From positions 1-56,118 of the forward strand of contig JAFXDB010000162.1 of the NCBI GenBank assembly GCA_017516305.1: 56,118 nt of DNA. Direction: 5' to 3'. This DNA comes from Clostridia bacterium (GTDB taxonomy: Bacteria > Bacillota > Clostridia > Christensenellales > Aristaeellaceae). A program made the position numbers and the translations under genes. Shown here piece after piece: positions 13,134 to 22,241 of this stretch. Numbering within the stretch: position 1 is the stretch's first letter; each line of letters starts with the position of its first letter. A model generated the notes under the pieces. The model was given only the letters and a program-made list of their open reading frames with translations, was not told the DNA's origin and did no database searches.

Positions 13134-14147
13134 ATTATCGTTCTGAAGCAAGGCGTCACCCGTCAGGAGATCGACTACGTCACCAACGTCATCGTCAGCA
13201 AGGGCGCCATCACCGTCAACCCCATGATCGGTAACGACCTGACCATCCTGGGCCTGATCGGCGATACAAGCCGTATCGACCCGGCACAGATCGAGTCCCT
13301 GCGCTGCGTGGAGCGCATTATGAAGGTGGCCGAGCCCTTCAAGAAGGCCAACCGCATGTTCCATCCCGGCCCGAGCGAAGTGAAGATCGGCGACACGGTG
13401 GTCGGCGGCACGAAGTTGAGCGTCATGGCCGGCCCCTGCTCGGTGGAAAGTGAAGCGCAAATTGAGGAGGTCGCCCAGGGCGTGAAGGAAGCCGGCGCGA
13501 CCGTGCTGCGCGGCGGCGCATTCAAGCCCCGCACCAGCCCCTACTCCTTCCAGGGCCTTGAGTACCGCGGCCTGGATCTGCTCGTCCACGCCCGCGAGAT
13601 CACGGGCCTGCCCATCGTCACGGAGCTCATGAGCCCCTATGACATCGACAAGTTCGAGCACATGGTGGACTGCATCCAGGTCGGCGCGCGCAACATGCAG
13701 AATTTCGATCTCCTCAAGCGCCTTGGTCAGACCCGCAAGCCGATCCTCTTGAAGCGCGGCCTCTCCGCCACTATCGAGGAGTGGCTCATGTCCGCCGAGT
13801 ATATCATGGCCGGCGGCAACGAAAACGTCATCCTCTGCGAGCGCGGCATCCGCACGTTCGAAACCTACACCCGCAACACCACCGACCTTTCCGCCATCTG
13901 CGCGGTGAAGCGCCTGTCCCATCTGCCGGTCATCGTCGATCCCAGCCACGCCACAGGCAAGTACTGGATGGTGCAGCCCCTGGCCCGCGCGGCCATCGCC
14001 GTGGGCGCGGACGGCCTGATGATCGAGGTGCACAACGACCCCGCCCACGCCCTGTGCGACGGCGCCCAGTCCATCAAGCCCGACACCTTTGCCGAGGTCA
14101 TGAACGACATCAGAAATATCGCCAGGGCCGTGGGACGTGAAATTTAA
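13134..14147 (+). CDS. aroF: 3-deoxy-7-phosphoheptulonate (DAHP) synthase, type I-beta with N-terminal ferredoxin-like regulatory domain
   Basis: IIVLKQGVTRQEIDYV... aligns from memory with the Thermotoga-type enzyme N-terminus MIVVLKPG. Core GPCSVES...LRGGAFKPRTSPYSFQGL...KRG...DPSH. Start uncertain: AGGAGG 13116-13121, but the only in-frame codons nearby are ATT 13134 and ATC 13137. Confidence 0.85.
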   Translation: MIVLKQGVTRQEIDYVTNVIVSKGAITVNPMIGNDLTILGLIGDTSRIDPAQIESLRCVERIMKVAEPFKKANRMFHPGPSEVKIGDTVVGGTKLSVMAGPCSVESEAQIEEVAQGVKEAGATVLRGGAFKPRTSPYSFQGLEYRGLDLLVHAREITGLPIVTELMSPYDIDKFEHMVDCIQVGARNMQNFDLLKRLGQTRKPILLKRGLSATIEEWLMSAEYIMAGGNENVILCERGIRTFETYTRNTTDLSAICAVKRLSHLPVIVDPSHATGKYWMVQPLARAAIAVGADGLMIEVHNDPAHALCDGAQSIKPDTFAEVMNDIRNIARAVGREI

Positions 14148-14257
14148 TTCTAAATCGTAATTCTCAATTCTTAATGAAGAGCGTGTGTGCATTACCTATC
14201 GGACCTCCGCCCCAGTATATCAATTAAGCATTAAGCATTAAGAATTAAGAATTCCAC
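14146..14257. repeat. AT-rich heptamer arrays in inverted orientation flanking a GC-rich core (aroF-aroB spacer)
   Basis: Left arm AATTCTA AATCGTA ATTCTC AATTCTT AATG (14146-14176). Right arm ATTAAGC ATTAAGC ATTAAGA ATTAAGA ATTCC (14223-14257). 14166-14176 is the exact complement of 14236-14246. Confidence 0.8.
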
Positions 14258-14272
14258 TTACAGGAGTCTGTT

Positions 14273-15346
14273 ATGCAGAAAATCATCGTTCCGCTGAAAG
14301 AGCGTTCCTACCCCATCCACATCGGCTCGGGTCTCCTGGACAGCCTCGGCGCATATGTCCGCGAGGCCCTGGGGGAGGTCACCGTGGCCGTGGTCACGGA
14401 TGACAACGTGGCCCCGCTTTATCTCAGCCGGGCTGTCAAATCCTTGCTGGCCGCCGGGCTGAAGGTGAAGTCCATCACCCTGCCCCACGGTGAGGAAACC
14501 AAATGCCTCGCGCGCCTTTCCGACCTGTACGACTTCCTCTGCCACGCCCGCATCACCCGCCGGGACGCGGTGCTCGCCCTGGGCGGCGGCGTCATCGGCG
14601 ATCTGACCGGCCTGGCGGCGGCTACCTTCCTGCGCGGCGTGCATTTTGTGCAGGTGCCCACCACGCTCCTGGCCCAGGTGGATTCCTCTGTGGGCGGCAA
14701 GGTCGCCGTTGACCTGCCCCAGGGAAAAAACCTCGTCGGCGCGTTTTATCAGCCTGACCTGGTGGTCATCGACCCGGACACCCTGAACACGCTGACGGAC
14801 GAATTCTGGCGCGACGGCCTGGGCGAGGTCGTCAAGTACGGCTGCATCGGCGATGCGGAGCTGTTCTCCCTGCTGGAAGCGGCAGCCCCTGGGGGACGCG
14901 CGGCGCTGATGGGGCAAATCGACGTCATCCTGCGCCATTGCGTGCAGGCCAAGGCTGACGTGGTCGCCCAGGACGAGCGGGACACCGGCCTGCGCATGAC
15001 CCTCAACTTCGGCCACACCATCGCCCACGCCGTGGAGACCTGTCAGCACTACACGGGCCTGCGCCACGGCGAGGCCGTTTCCCTGGGCATGCATGTGATG
15101 ACCCGCCTGACGGAGCACAAGGGCCTGACGGAGGCAGGGACTGCCGTCCGCCTGGACGCGCTGCTCACTGCCCTCGGCATGCCCATGCAGCTGCCCCCGA
15201 TCCCGGAGGAAAATCTCATTTCCGCAATGTTTATGGACAAAAAGAGCTTCGGGCAGGGATTGAACGTCATTGTGTTGAATCATATCGGAAAGTGCTTCAT
15301 CCACCAGACCAATGTGGATTTCTTCACCGGCATGACAACGCTTTGA
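14273..15346 (+). CDS. aroB: 3-dehydroquinate synthase
   Basis: CAGGAG SD. GGGVIGDLTGLAAATFLRGVHFVQVPTTLLAQVDSSVGGKVAVDL and NFGHTIAHAVE motifs. Confidence 0.9.
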   Translation: MQKIIVPLKERSYPIHIGSGLLDSLGAYVREALGEVTVAVVTDDNVAPLYLSRAVKSLLAAGLKVKSITLPHGEETKCLARLSDLYDFLCHARITRRDAVLALGGGVIGDLTGLAAATFLRGVHFVQVPTTLLAQVDSSVGGKVAVDLPQGKNLVGAFYQPDLVVIDPDTLNTLTDEFWRDGLGEVVKYGCIGDAELFSLLEAAAPGGRAALMGQIDVILRHCVQAKADVVAQDERDTGLRMTLNFGHTIAHAVETCQHYTGLRHGEAVSLGMHVMTRLTEHKGLTEAGTAVRLDALLTALGMPMQLPPIPEENLISAMFMDKKSFGQGLNVIVLNHIGKCFIHQTNVDFFTGMTTL

Positions 15347-15359
15347 GAGGTGCATTGAG

Positions 15360-16760
15360 ATGAAAAAGCAGGCCTTCAACCCCTATCTGCCCTCGTGGGA
15401 GTACATCCCCGACGGCGAGCCCCATGTGTATGGCGACCGCGTGTATGTCTACGGCTCCCATGACCATTTCAACGGCTGGGTCTTCTGTCAGGGGGACTAC
15501 ATGGGCTGGTCGGCCCCGGTGGACGACCTGAGCGACTGGCGCTGCGAGGGCGTCATCTACGGCCGCACGGACGACCCGCTCAATGCCGACGGCAGGGCCT
15601 GCCTCTATGCTCCCGACGTGACCCAGGGCCCCGACGGCCGGTACTACCTGTACTACGCGCTGGACAAGTTCCCCGTCATCTCCGTCGCCGTGTGCGATTC
15701 CCCGGCAGGGCGTTACCAGTTCCTGGGCTATGTGCACTACAAGGACGGTACGCGCCTGGGCGAAAAGCCCGGCGACGAGCCGCAGTTTGACCCCGCTGTC
15801 ATCACCGAAGGGGACAAAACGTATCTCTACACCGGCTTCTGCGGCCGGGGCGACAAGAGCCGCCACGGCGCCATGTGCACCGTGCTGGAAAGCGACATGC
15901 TGACCATCGCCGAAGTTCCGGTATTCGTAGTGCCCGGCGTGGAGTATGCCGAGGGCACAGGCTTTGAGGGGCATGCCTTCTTCGAAGCCTCCTCCATCCG
16001 CAAGCGCGGCAACAAGTACTACTTCGTCTACTCCTCCACCCCCATGCACGAGCTGTGCTACGCCGTCAGCGACAAGCCTACCGACGGCTTCACCTACGGC
16101 GGCGTGGTGGTCTCCAACGCCGACCTGCACATCGACACCTACAAGCCCGCCGATATGCCCGCCGTTTCCGGCAGCAACAACCACGGCGGCCTGGTGGAGA
16201 TCCGCGGGCAGTGGTACATCTTCTATCACCGCCACACCAACAACCACTGGTTCAGCCGCCAGGGCTGCGCCGAGCCGGTCTTCTTCACGGAGGACGGTCA
16301 CATCCCGCAGGCGGAGATCACCTCCTGCGGCCTCAACGGCGGACCGCTGAAGGCCGAGGGTACCTATCCAGCCTACATCGCCTGCCACCTCTTCGGCAAG
16401 GAGCGTCAGCTCATCGTCGGCAAGGCGGACGCCCCCTGCATCACCCAGGACGGCAAGGACGGCGACAAGGTGGACGGCCACATCCGGAACATCGTGGACG
16501 GCACCACCATCGGCTTCAAGTATTTCGACTGCCGGGGCGTCAAGGGCCTGCGCATCCAGACCCGAGGCTACATGAAGGGCGTCTTTGAGGTGCGCACCGC
16601 CTGGAACGGCGAGACCCTGGGCGAGATCGCCGTCGGGTACGACAACGTGTGGACGGAGTACCGCTGCGACGCCGCCATCCCCGACGGCGTCCACAGCATT
16701 TACCTGGTCTACCACGGCTGGGGCCCCGGCGCGCTCAAGTGCATCACCTTCGAGGTCTGA
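15360..16760 (+). CDS. glycoside hydrolase family 43 protein (xylosidase/arabinofuranosidase type) with C-terminal beta-sandwich module
   Basis: NPYLPSWEYIPDGEPHVYGDRVYVYGSHD...LYAPDVTQGPDGRYYLYY...FFEASSIRKRGNKYYFVYS pattern of GH43. Confidence 0.8.
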   Translation: MKKQAFNPYLPSWEYIPDGEPHVYGDRVYVYGSHDHFNGWVFCQGDYMGWSAPVDDLSDWRCEGVIYGRTDDPLNADGRACLYAPDVTQGPDGRYYLYYALDKFPVISVAVCDSPAGRYQFLGYVHYKDGTRLGEKPGDEPQFDPAVITEGDKTYLYTGFCGRGDKSRHGAMCTVLESDMLTIAEVPVFVVPGVEYAEGTGFEGHAFFEASSIRKRGNKYYFVYSSTPMHELCYAVSDKPTDGFTYGGVVVSNADLHIDTYKPADMPAVSGSNNHGGLVEIRGQWYIFYHRHTNNHWFSRQGCAEPVFFTEDGHIPQAEITSCGLNGGPLKAEGTYPAYIACHLFGKERQLIVGKADAPCITQDGKDGDKVDGHIRNIVDGTTIGFKYFDCRGVKGLRIQTRGYMKGVFEVRTAWNGETLGEIAVGYDNVWTEYRCDAAIPDGVHSIYLVYHGWGPGALKCITFEV

Positions 16761-16932
16761 TCCCATCTCCCATTTGTTCACTTCTCACAAAAAGCAACAA
16801 TTTATAACAAACCTCTTTTCAAAACACCCCGATTCGGTTAAAATGTACAAGAGCCGAAGAATCGCGGCACGCTGCCCACCCGGCGGCGCGACCGCGTTTT
16901 TTTGTAACGGAGGAATACAACGGAAGGGGGAG

Positions 16933-18018
16933 ATGTCCATGGCGACGGAGCGCGAAATGGCACTGACGCAGGCGATGGCGGCGCTGCTGGCGGGCGATCC
17001 GGGCGCATGCGCACCGGATGGCACGGACGTGCATGCCTGGCGGCTCATCCGCTGGGAGGCTGACGTCCCCCTGACGGACGACCAGCGTGAGGCCCTGCTG
17101 GAGGGCGTGGCGGAGGCCATGGCTCCCGCCGGCGCCTCTGCGGCTTGCTTTGCCGCCGACGGCGACGTGATGACCATCATGCTGGCGCTGACCCGCTTCC
17201 CCGCCCGCGTCCACCGGGATGCAGTGCTGTGGCTGTGCGCCCACGCGCTGATGGAGCATGCAGCCTACAACCTGGAGCAGGACGGCACCATGTTCATCGG
17301 CGAGGAATTCGCCGACCCGGCGGACTGGGCACAACGTCTGGCCCCCATGCGGGAGATCAGCGACTGGTGGAGCCGCGTGTCCCCCATCGGGGTCAGCGTC
17401 GCCCGTGCACACCGCGCCAATCTGCAGACGAGCATCAAACGCCGCCAGTACGCCACCATGGGCGGCTATGTTTCCCGCGCCCTGCGAACGGAAACGGAGC
17501 TGAGCCGGGTTTGCTTCGGCTTCATCCCCCTGGTCATCGAGGCCGTGTGGAGCCAGCACGCCGAGGCGTCCCTCCGGAGCCTGACGGGGCAGCTGAACCT
17601 GAACGAAATGACCCGCCACCCCCGGGAGGCCCTGCTGGCCTGGCTGGCGTCCCTGCAGCCGGTACTGCGCGCCTGCCCGGCGGCCATCAACGCCGCGCCC
17701 GTCGAGCGGGTGATCGAGTCCATCCGCGCAGACTGCTCCCTGCCCTATTCGCAAACCAACCTGAGCAAGTCTCTGGGGCTCACCCCGGCCTATTTCTGCC
17801 GCCTTTTCCACGAAAAGACCGGTCAGCATTTCTCCACCTTCCTCACCCGCACCCGCATGGAAAAGGCCCAGTACCTGCTTTCCGGCCCGGAGCCGCTGAC
17901 CCTGGCCGAGCTCAGCGCCGCCTGCGGCTATCCCAACAAGAGCTACTTCTGCCAGGTATTCAAGAAGTACACCGGCATGACCCCCGGCGAGTATGAAGCC
18001 GCATACAAAGAAGTATAA
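16933..18018 (+). CDS. AraC-family transcriptional regulator
   Basis: Start ATG 16933 after GGAAGGGGGAG. C-terminal double HTH (LSKSLGLTPAYFCRLFHEKTGQHFSTFL...GYPNKSYFCQVFKKYTGMTPGEY). Confidence 0.8.
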   Translation: MSMATEREMALTQAMAALLAGDPGACAPDGTDVHAWRLIRWEADVPLTDDQREALLEGVAEAMAPAGASAACFAADGDVMTIMLALTRFPARVHRDAVLWLCAHALMEHAAYNLEQDGTMFIGEEFADPADWAQRLAPMREISDWWSRVSPIGVSVARAHRANLQTSIKRRQYATMGGYVSRALRTETELSRVCFGFIPLVIEAVWSQHAEASLRSLTGQLNLNEMTRHPREALLAWLASLQPVLRACPAAINAAPVERVIESIRADCSLPYSQTNLSKSLGLTPAYFCRLFHEKTGQHFSTFLTRTRMEKAQYLLSGPEPLTLAELSAACGYPNKSYFCQVFKKYTGMTPGEYEAAYKEV

Positions 18019-18029
18019 ATTCCTGCCAT

Positions 18030-18061
18030 ACGGATGATAATGTGATTGTCATCCGTTTTTC
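18030..18061 (+). terminator. intrinsic terminator
   Basis: ACGGATGA-taatgtgattg-TCATCCGT followed by TTTTTC. Confidence 0.7.
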
Positions 18062-18115
18062 ACATGAGCGAAAGAATGAGATTTCTGCGATCCTGAACCC
18101 AAGGAGGATATCGTG

Positions 18116-19882
18116 ATGAAGCAATTTTTCCGCATGCTATGCCTGCTTATGTGCCTGACGCTTCTGCCCTTCGCCGCCCCGGCTGCCCGGGCAGAGGACG
18201 CGCCCGCGCCGGATGTGCGCGTGCTGCTGCGCCGCCTGAACCTCACCGACCGCGCCGACCTCATCCTGGACGGCGCCTACACCGCCCAGGTGGACGGGAC
18301 AGTGATGATGTCCTTCCCCCGGGGGGCAGAGGTCACCATCCTCATCCGCGAGGGCGAATTGTACCTTTTCTACGCCGGATTCAGCCTGCGCGTGGGGGAT
18401 GACATCACCCTGGTGCGCAACCAGAGCACGGAGCAGGTCAACGGCATCCGCTTTGAAAAGGCGGGAAACCTCTATCCCGGCACCCTCCGCCTGACCATCG
18501 ACGGCGGCATGCTCCGCCCCATCCTGACCATCAACGTGGAGGAATACCTGCTGGGCGTGGTACCCTACGAAATGAGCGAGTACTTCCCCCTGGAGGCATT
18601 GAAGGCCCAGGCCGTCTGCGCCCGCACCTACGCGCTGAACAAGCTCGGCAGCAACAAGGATTACGACGTGGTGGATACCACCAACGATCAGGTCTTCAAG
18701 GGCGTCAACTACGCCTACGTCAACGCCATGCGCGCCGTACAGGAAACCGCCGGTATCGTGGGCACCTACAACGGTCAGCTGGCCATCTGCTATTACAGCG
18801 CCTCCAACGGCGGCCAGACGGAGCTGGTACAGAATGTCTGGAGCGGCCGGGGCGACTGGGACTACTACCAGATGGTAGACGACCCCTATGACCTGGAAAA
18901 CCCGGAGAGCATCGTCCGCACAGTGAGGATTCCGAGAGAGGGCCAGGTCAGCAGCCGCTTCCTGTCCGTCATCGCGCCGCACATCCTCCCGGCCATGGCG
19001 GCAGAGGGCTTCATCGCCACGGCGGACAACCTGCGCATCGACCGCATCACCGCCATGTCCCTGGGCGGCGCGACCCTGGAGGCCCCCAGCCGCTACATGA
19101 CCCAGCTGACGCTGACCCTTGAATACTCAGGCCAGAAGCTGATGCAGCCCGCCACCGCCACGCCTGCCCCGACGGAGGAGCCGGAGCTGTACATGTTTGC
19201 CACCCCCACGCCCACCGCTTCCCCCACGCCCGTTCTGACAACAACGCCCGAGGCACCTGCCGCCGCCCCCGTACTGACGGACTTCATGCCCGCGGCGGCG
19301 CCCGTCACCATCACCATCGACCTGTTTCCCGACGCCGTGCGCACCCTGGGCCTGTCCATTTCCGGCACGGACAACGAGATGCTCTCCATCACCGAGACGG
19401 ACACCCATTACCTCCTGCAGGCCCGCCGCTACGGCCACGGCGTCGGCATGAGCCAGCGCGGCGCCCAGTGGATGGCCGGAAAATACGGCAAGCTCTTCCA
19501 CGAGATCATGGCCTTCTACTATCCCGGCATGACGCTGATGCGCGTGCAGTCCGGAGCTGCGGTGCTGCCCACAGCTCCGGCGGTGCTGGCCGCGACCCCC
19601 GCGCCGCCGGCCACCCCCACGCCCCGCCCGACCCTGATGCCCGTAACGGCGACGAACCTCCCCGAGGGCGCCTACCTGGCGGTCGTTATGCACATCGACG
19701 ACGACTCCTCCCTCAACCTGCGCGCCGAGCCGACCCAGAGCGCCGAAATCCTCCGCCGCCTGTACAAGTACCAGCAGCTGATCGTTCTGGAGATCTGCGA
19801 GGACCCCGCCTGGGTGAAGGTGAAGACAGACGTGATGGAGGGGTACGTCATGGTTTCGTTCCTGGAAAGAGTCACCGACTGA
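18116..19882 (+). CDS. SpoIID/LytB-domain protein with signal peptide, Thr/Pro linkers and C-terminal SH3-like domain
   Basis: AGGAGG 18102-18107 then ATG 18116. EEYLLGVVPYEMSEYFPLEALKAQAVCARTYAL...YYSASNGGQTE (SpoIID core). C-terminal SH3b-like segment. Confidence 0.8.
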   Translation: MKQFFRMLCLLMCLTLLPFAAPAARAEDAPAPDVRVLLRRLNLTDRADLILDGAYTAQVDGTVMMSFPRGAEVTILIREGELYLFYAGFSLRVGDDITLVRNQSTEQVNGIRFEKAGNLYPGTLRLTIDGGMLRPILTINVEEYLLGVVPYEMSEYFPLEALKAQAVCARTYALNKLGSNKDYDVVDTTNDQVFKGVNYAYVNAMRAVQETAGIVGTYNGQLAICYYSASNGGQTELVQNVWSGRGDWDYYQMVDDPYDLENPESIVRTVRIPREGQVSSRFLSVIAPHILPAMAAEGFIATADNLRIDRITAMSLGGATLEAPSRYMTQLTLTLEYSGQKLMQPATATPAPTEEPELYMFATPTPTASPTPVLTTTPEAPAAAPVLTDFMPAAAPVTITIDLFPDAVRTLGLSISGTDNEMLSITETDTHYLLQARRYGHGVGMSQRGAQWMAGKYGKLFHEIMAFYYPGMTLMRVQSGAAVLPTAPAVLAATPAPPATPTPRPTLMPVTATNLPEGAYLAVVMHIDDDSSLNLRAEPTQSAEILRRLYKYQQLIVLEICEDPAWVKVKTDVMEGYVMVSFLERVTD

Positions 19883-19947
19883 CCTTTTATCCAGACACCC
19901 CCGCCATGATTGGTCAGGCTCCTGCCGGAAAAGCACACAAAAAGAGA

Positions 19948-19995
19948 AGGGTCGCTGCACGGCATCATCCATGCAGCGGCCCTGTTCATTTGGGA
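19948..19995 (+). terminator. hairpin with weak T-tract after the SpoIID-like gene
   Basis: GGGTCGCTGCA / TGCAGCGGCCC stem then TGTTCATTT. Its 3' half is repeated at 20365-20398. Confidence 0.5.
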
Positions 19996-20094
19996 GCCTC
20001 TGACGCTTTACGAAGAATCAGGAAAATGAGCACTGAAGGCAGCAGTACACACATCTTCTTGACTGAAACTGCGGCTGCCGCGCAAGAAAGAAGG

Positions 20095-20290
20095 AAGCAA
20101 TGCGGCACATTTGCGAAGGGTTGCTTCCCTATTCATTCGTTGATTCAAGCAACCCTTCGCAACTGGGCCGCCCCGGGTCGCAGCCGCGCGACAAAGATAC
20201 AAGGACGGCGAGGGGGTCTGGGGGAATCGCCTTTCGATTCCCCCAGCGGCTTTGCGCCGCTTTCGCCGTCGAAAGCGGCACTCCCCAGGC
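20095..20290 (+). repeat. mosaic hairpin repeat, family 2, copy 1
   Basis: Hairpins GCGAAGGGTTGCTT...AAGCAACCCTTCGC (20113-20160), GGGGGAATCG-ccttt-CGATTCCCCC (20220-20244), GCCGCTTTCG-ccgt-CGAAAGCGGC (20256-20279). Paralog at 23946-24140. Confidence 0.8.
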
Positions 20291-20349
20291 TCTGCAATTC
20301 CAGTAATTGCGATATTCCCGTGGTATCCGCAGAAAACCTGATATACCAA

Positions 20350-20396
20350 GGGCCGCTGCATGCTTTCATCCATGCAGCGGCCCTTTTCATTTTTTG
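20350..20396. terminator. strong intrinsic terminator between convergent genes
   Basis: Perfect 13-bp stem GGGCCGCTGCATG / CATGCAGCGGCCC followed by TTTTCATTTTTT. Lies 10 nt from the flotillin stop. Confidence 0.75.
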
Positions 20397-20405
20397 GGGC
20401 CGGGT

Positions 20406-21938
20406 TTACTCAGCGTCGGTCTCTTCAGACTCGGGGGCGGGCAGGGGCTCGTCATCCGCAGGCGTTTCCTCCGCGATGGCCTTGCCGATCAGGCCGCCGG
20501 TGGTCACGTCGCGCAGCATCTTGGGGATGTCCAGGCCCACGGCCTCCTTCACGGCTTCGAAGGTCTGCAGCATGGTGCCGGTGGTGTCGCGCACCATGTT
20601 GGACGCGCCGCCCTCGCCGAACATGACGATCTTGCCCGTGCGGCTCAGAGGTTCGGACACGGCGCGGGCCATTTCGGGCAGACGCTCGATGACCATCTGC
20701 ATCATGGCGGCCTGGCCGTATTCCTTCATGGCTTCGGCCTTCAGGCGCATGGCCTCGGCCTCGGCTTCGCCCTTCATGCGGATGGCCTCGGCCTCCTTCT
20801 GGGCAATCAGGAACTGGGCCTCAGCTTCCTTCTCCGCCAGCGCCAGTCGAGCCTCAGCCTCCTTCTGGGTGCGGAACAGCTCCGCCTCGGCGCGGGTCTG
20901 GGTCACGGCGCGCTCGGCCTCCGCCCTGGCAATCTGAGCATCACGCTCTGCCTCGGCGCGCTCGCGGATCTCGATGGACAGCTTCTCGCGCTGGATCTGC
21001 ACCTGCTGGGCCTGCAGCTCGGTTTCCTTCTGCAGACGGATCAGCTCGGCCTCGGCGCGCTCGGTTTCCAGCTGCTTACGGCTGTTCTCCTGCTGCACCT
21101 GGTAGGCCAGGTCGGCCTCGGCCTTGGCGCGGTCCTGCTCGGCGCGGAACTGGGCGCGGCGCAGCTCCAGCTCCTTGTCCTGCTCGGCGATCTGGGCACG
21201 GGCCTGGGTACGGGCCAGGTTGCCCTCCTGCTCGGCCTGGGACTGACGGATCAGGGTGTCGCGCTCGGCTTCGGCGCGGGCGATGTCAGCGTCGCGCTTC
21301 TTCTCGGCGATGTTCTTCACCGCCAGGGTGTCCAGGACGCCATTGTTATCAGAGAAATTCTGGATGGTGATGTTGACGATCTCCAGACCCATGTTGCGCA
21401 TGTCAGCCGTCGCGGCATTCTGGGTCTCGGTGGCGAACTTGTCGCGGTTCTGCACCAGGTCGGAGATGGTCATGCGACCGATGATCTCGCGCATGTTGCC
21501 CTCCAGCACCTGCATGGCAACGGCAGCGATCTCCTGCTGGGTCCAGCCCAGGAACTGCTCGGCCGCCGTGGCGACGGAGGTGTCGTCGGAGCCGATCTTG
21601 ATGTTGGCCACGCCGTCCACCAGGACGCCGATGTACTCCTGAGAGGGCACGGGCTGGGTGGTCTTGATATCCACCTGCATGATGCCCAGGTTCAGCTTAT
21701 CCACGCGCTCGAAGAAGGGGATGGTGAAGGTCGCGCCGCCGCGCACGATGCGGTAGCCGAACTTCTTGACCGTCTCCTGCCCCTCCGCATTCATGACCTT
21801 GTACTTCTTGCGGCGGCCCGACACGATCAGCGCCACGTTCGGCGGCACCTTGATGTAGTTAGCCAGGAAGACGATGAGGAGGATCAGCACGACCACAGCC
21901 GCGATCATCCAGCCAAGGTTGTTCATCAGAAAATCCAT
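20406..21938 (-). CDS. flotillin-family (SPFH/Band 7) membrane protein
   Basis: Start at MDFLMNNLGW (ATG 21936-21938, AGGAG 7 nt upstream). N-terminal TM helix, SPFH domain, then a long Glu/Ala/Arg-rich coiled-coil region (AEAERD.., QKEAEA..). Confidence 0.85.
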   Translation of the reverse strand: MDFLMNNLGWMIAAVVVLILLIVFLANYIKVPPNVALIVSGRRKKYKVMNAEGQETVKKFGYRIVRGGATFTIPFFERVDKLNLGIMQVDIKTTQPVPSQEYIGVLVDGVANIKIGSDDTSVATAAEQFLGWTQQEIAAVAMQVLEGNMREIIGRMTISDLVQNRDKFATETQNAATADMRNMGLEIVNITIQNFSDNNGVLDTLAVKNIAEKKRDADIARAEAERDTLIRQSQAEQEGNLARTQARAQIAEQDKELELRRAQFRAEQDRAKAEADLAYQVQQENSRKQLETERAEAELIRLQKETELQAQQVQIQREKLSIEIRERAEAERDAQIARAEAERAVTQTRAEAELFRTQKEAEARLALAEKEAEAQFLIAQKEAEAIRMKGEAEAEAMRLKAEAMKEYGQAAMMQMVIERLPEMARAVSEPLSRTGKIVMFGEGGASNMVRDTTGTMLQTFEAVKEAVGLDIPKMLRDVTTGGLIGKAIAEETPADDEPLPAPESEETDAE

Positions 21939-22241
21939 GCACATGCTCCTTTCATATTGCCCGGCGGGCATTCCCCCGCGGGATTCTTCCCTGTTGTATG
22001 CGGTCCGGGCCTGCGTCAGCATGCTTCCGACGCGCCCCGTCCTTACGCTTATATCGTACCATATTCCGCCACATTCCGCAAGGACAACATGGCGCACCCA
22101 GTTGCGCTTTCAGGCGCGCCGGACGACATTTCAGTCCTTTGCCTTTTTTTCATCATTTCTTCGCAGTTGCCCCAACATCTGCTTCCAATGTGGTACTATT
22201 AAGGCAGACATGTCTGACAGCACATTCAGGGAGGTGAGACC

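Noticed and set aside
20220-20244. tRNA-like T-arm (TTCGATTCC) in family 2 elements (also 24068-24090)
   Set aside because: The TTCGATTCC string is the 3' arm of a 10-bp hairpin, not a 5-bp stem with a 7-nt loop. There are no acceptor, D or anticodon arms around it.
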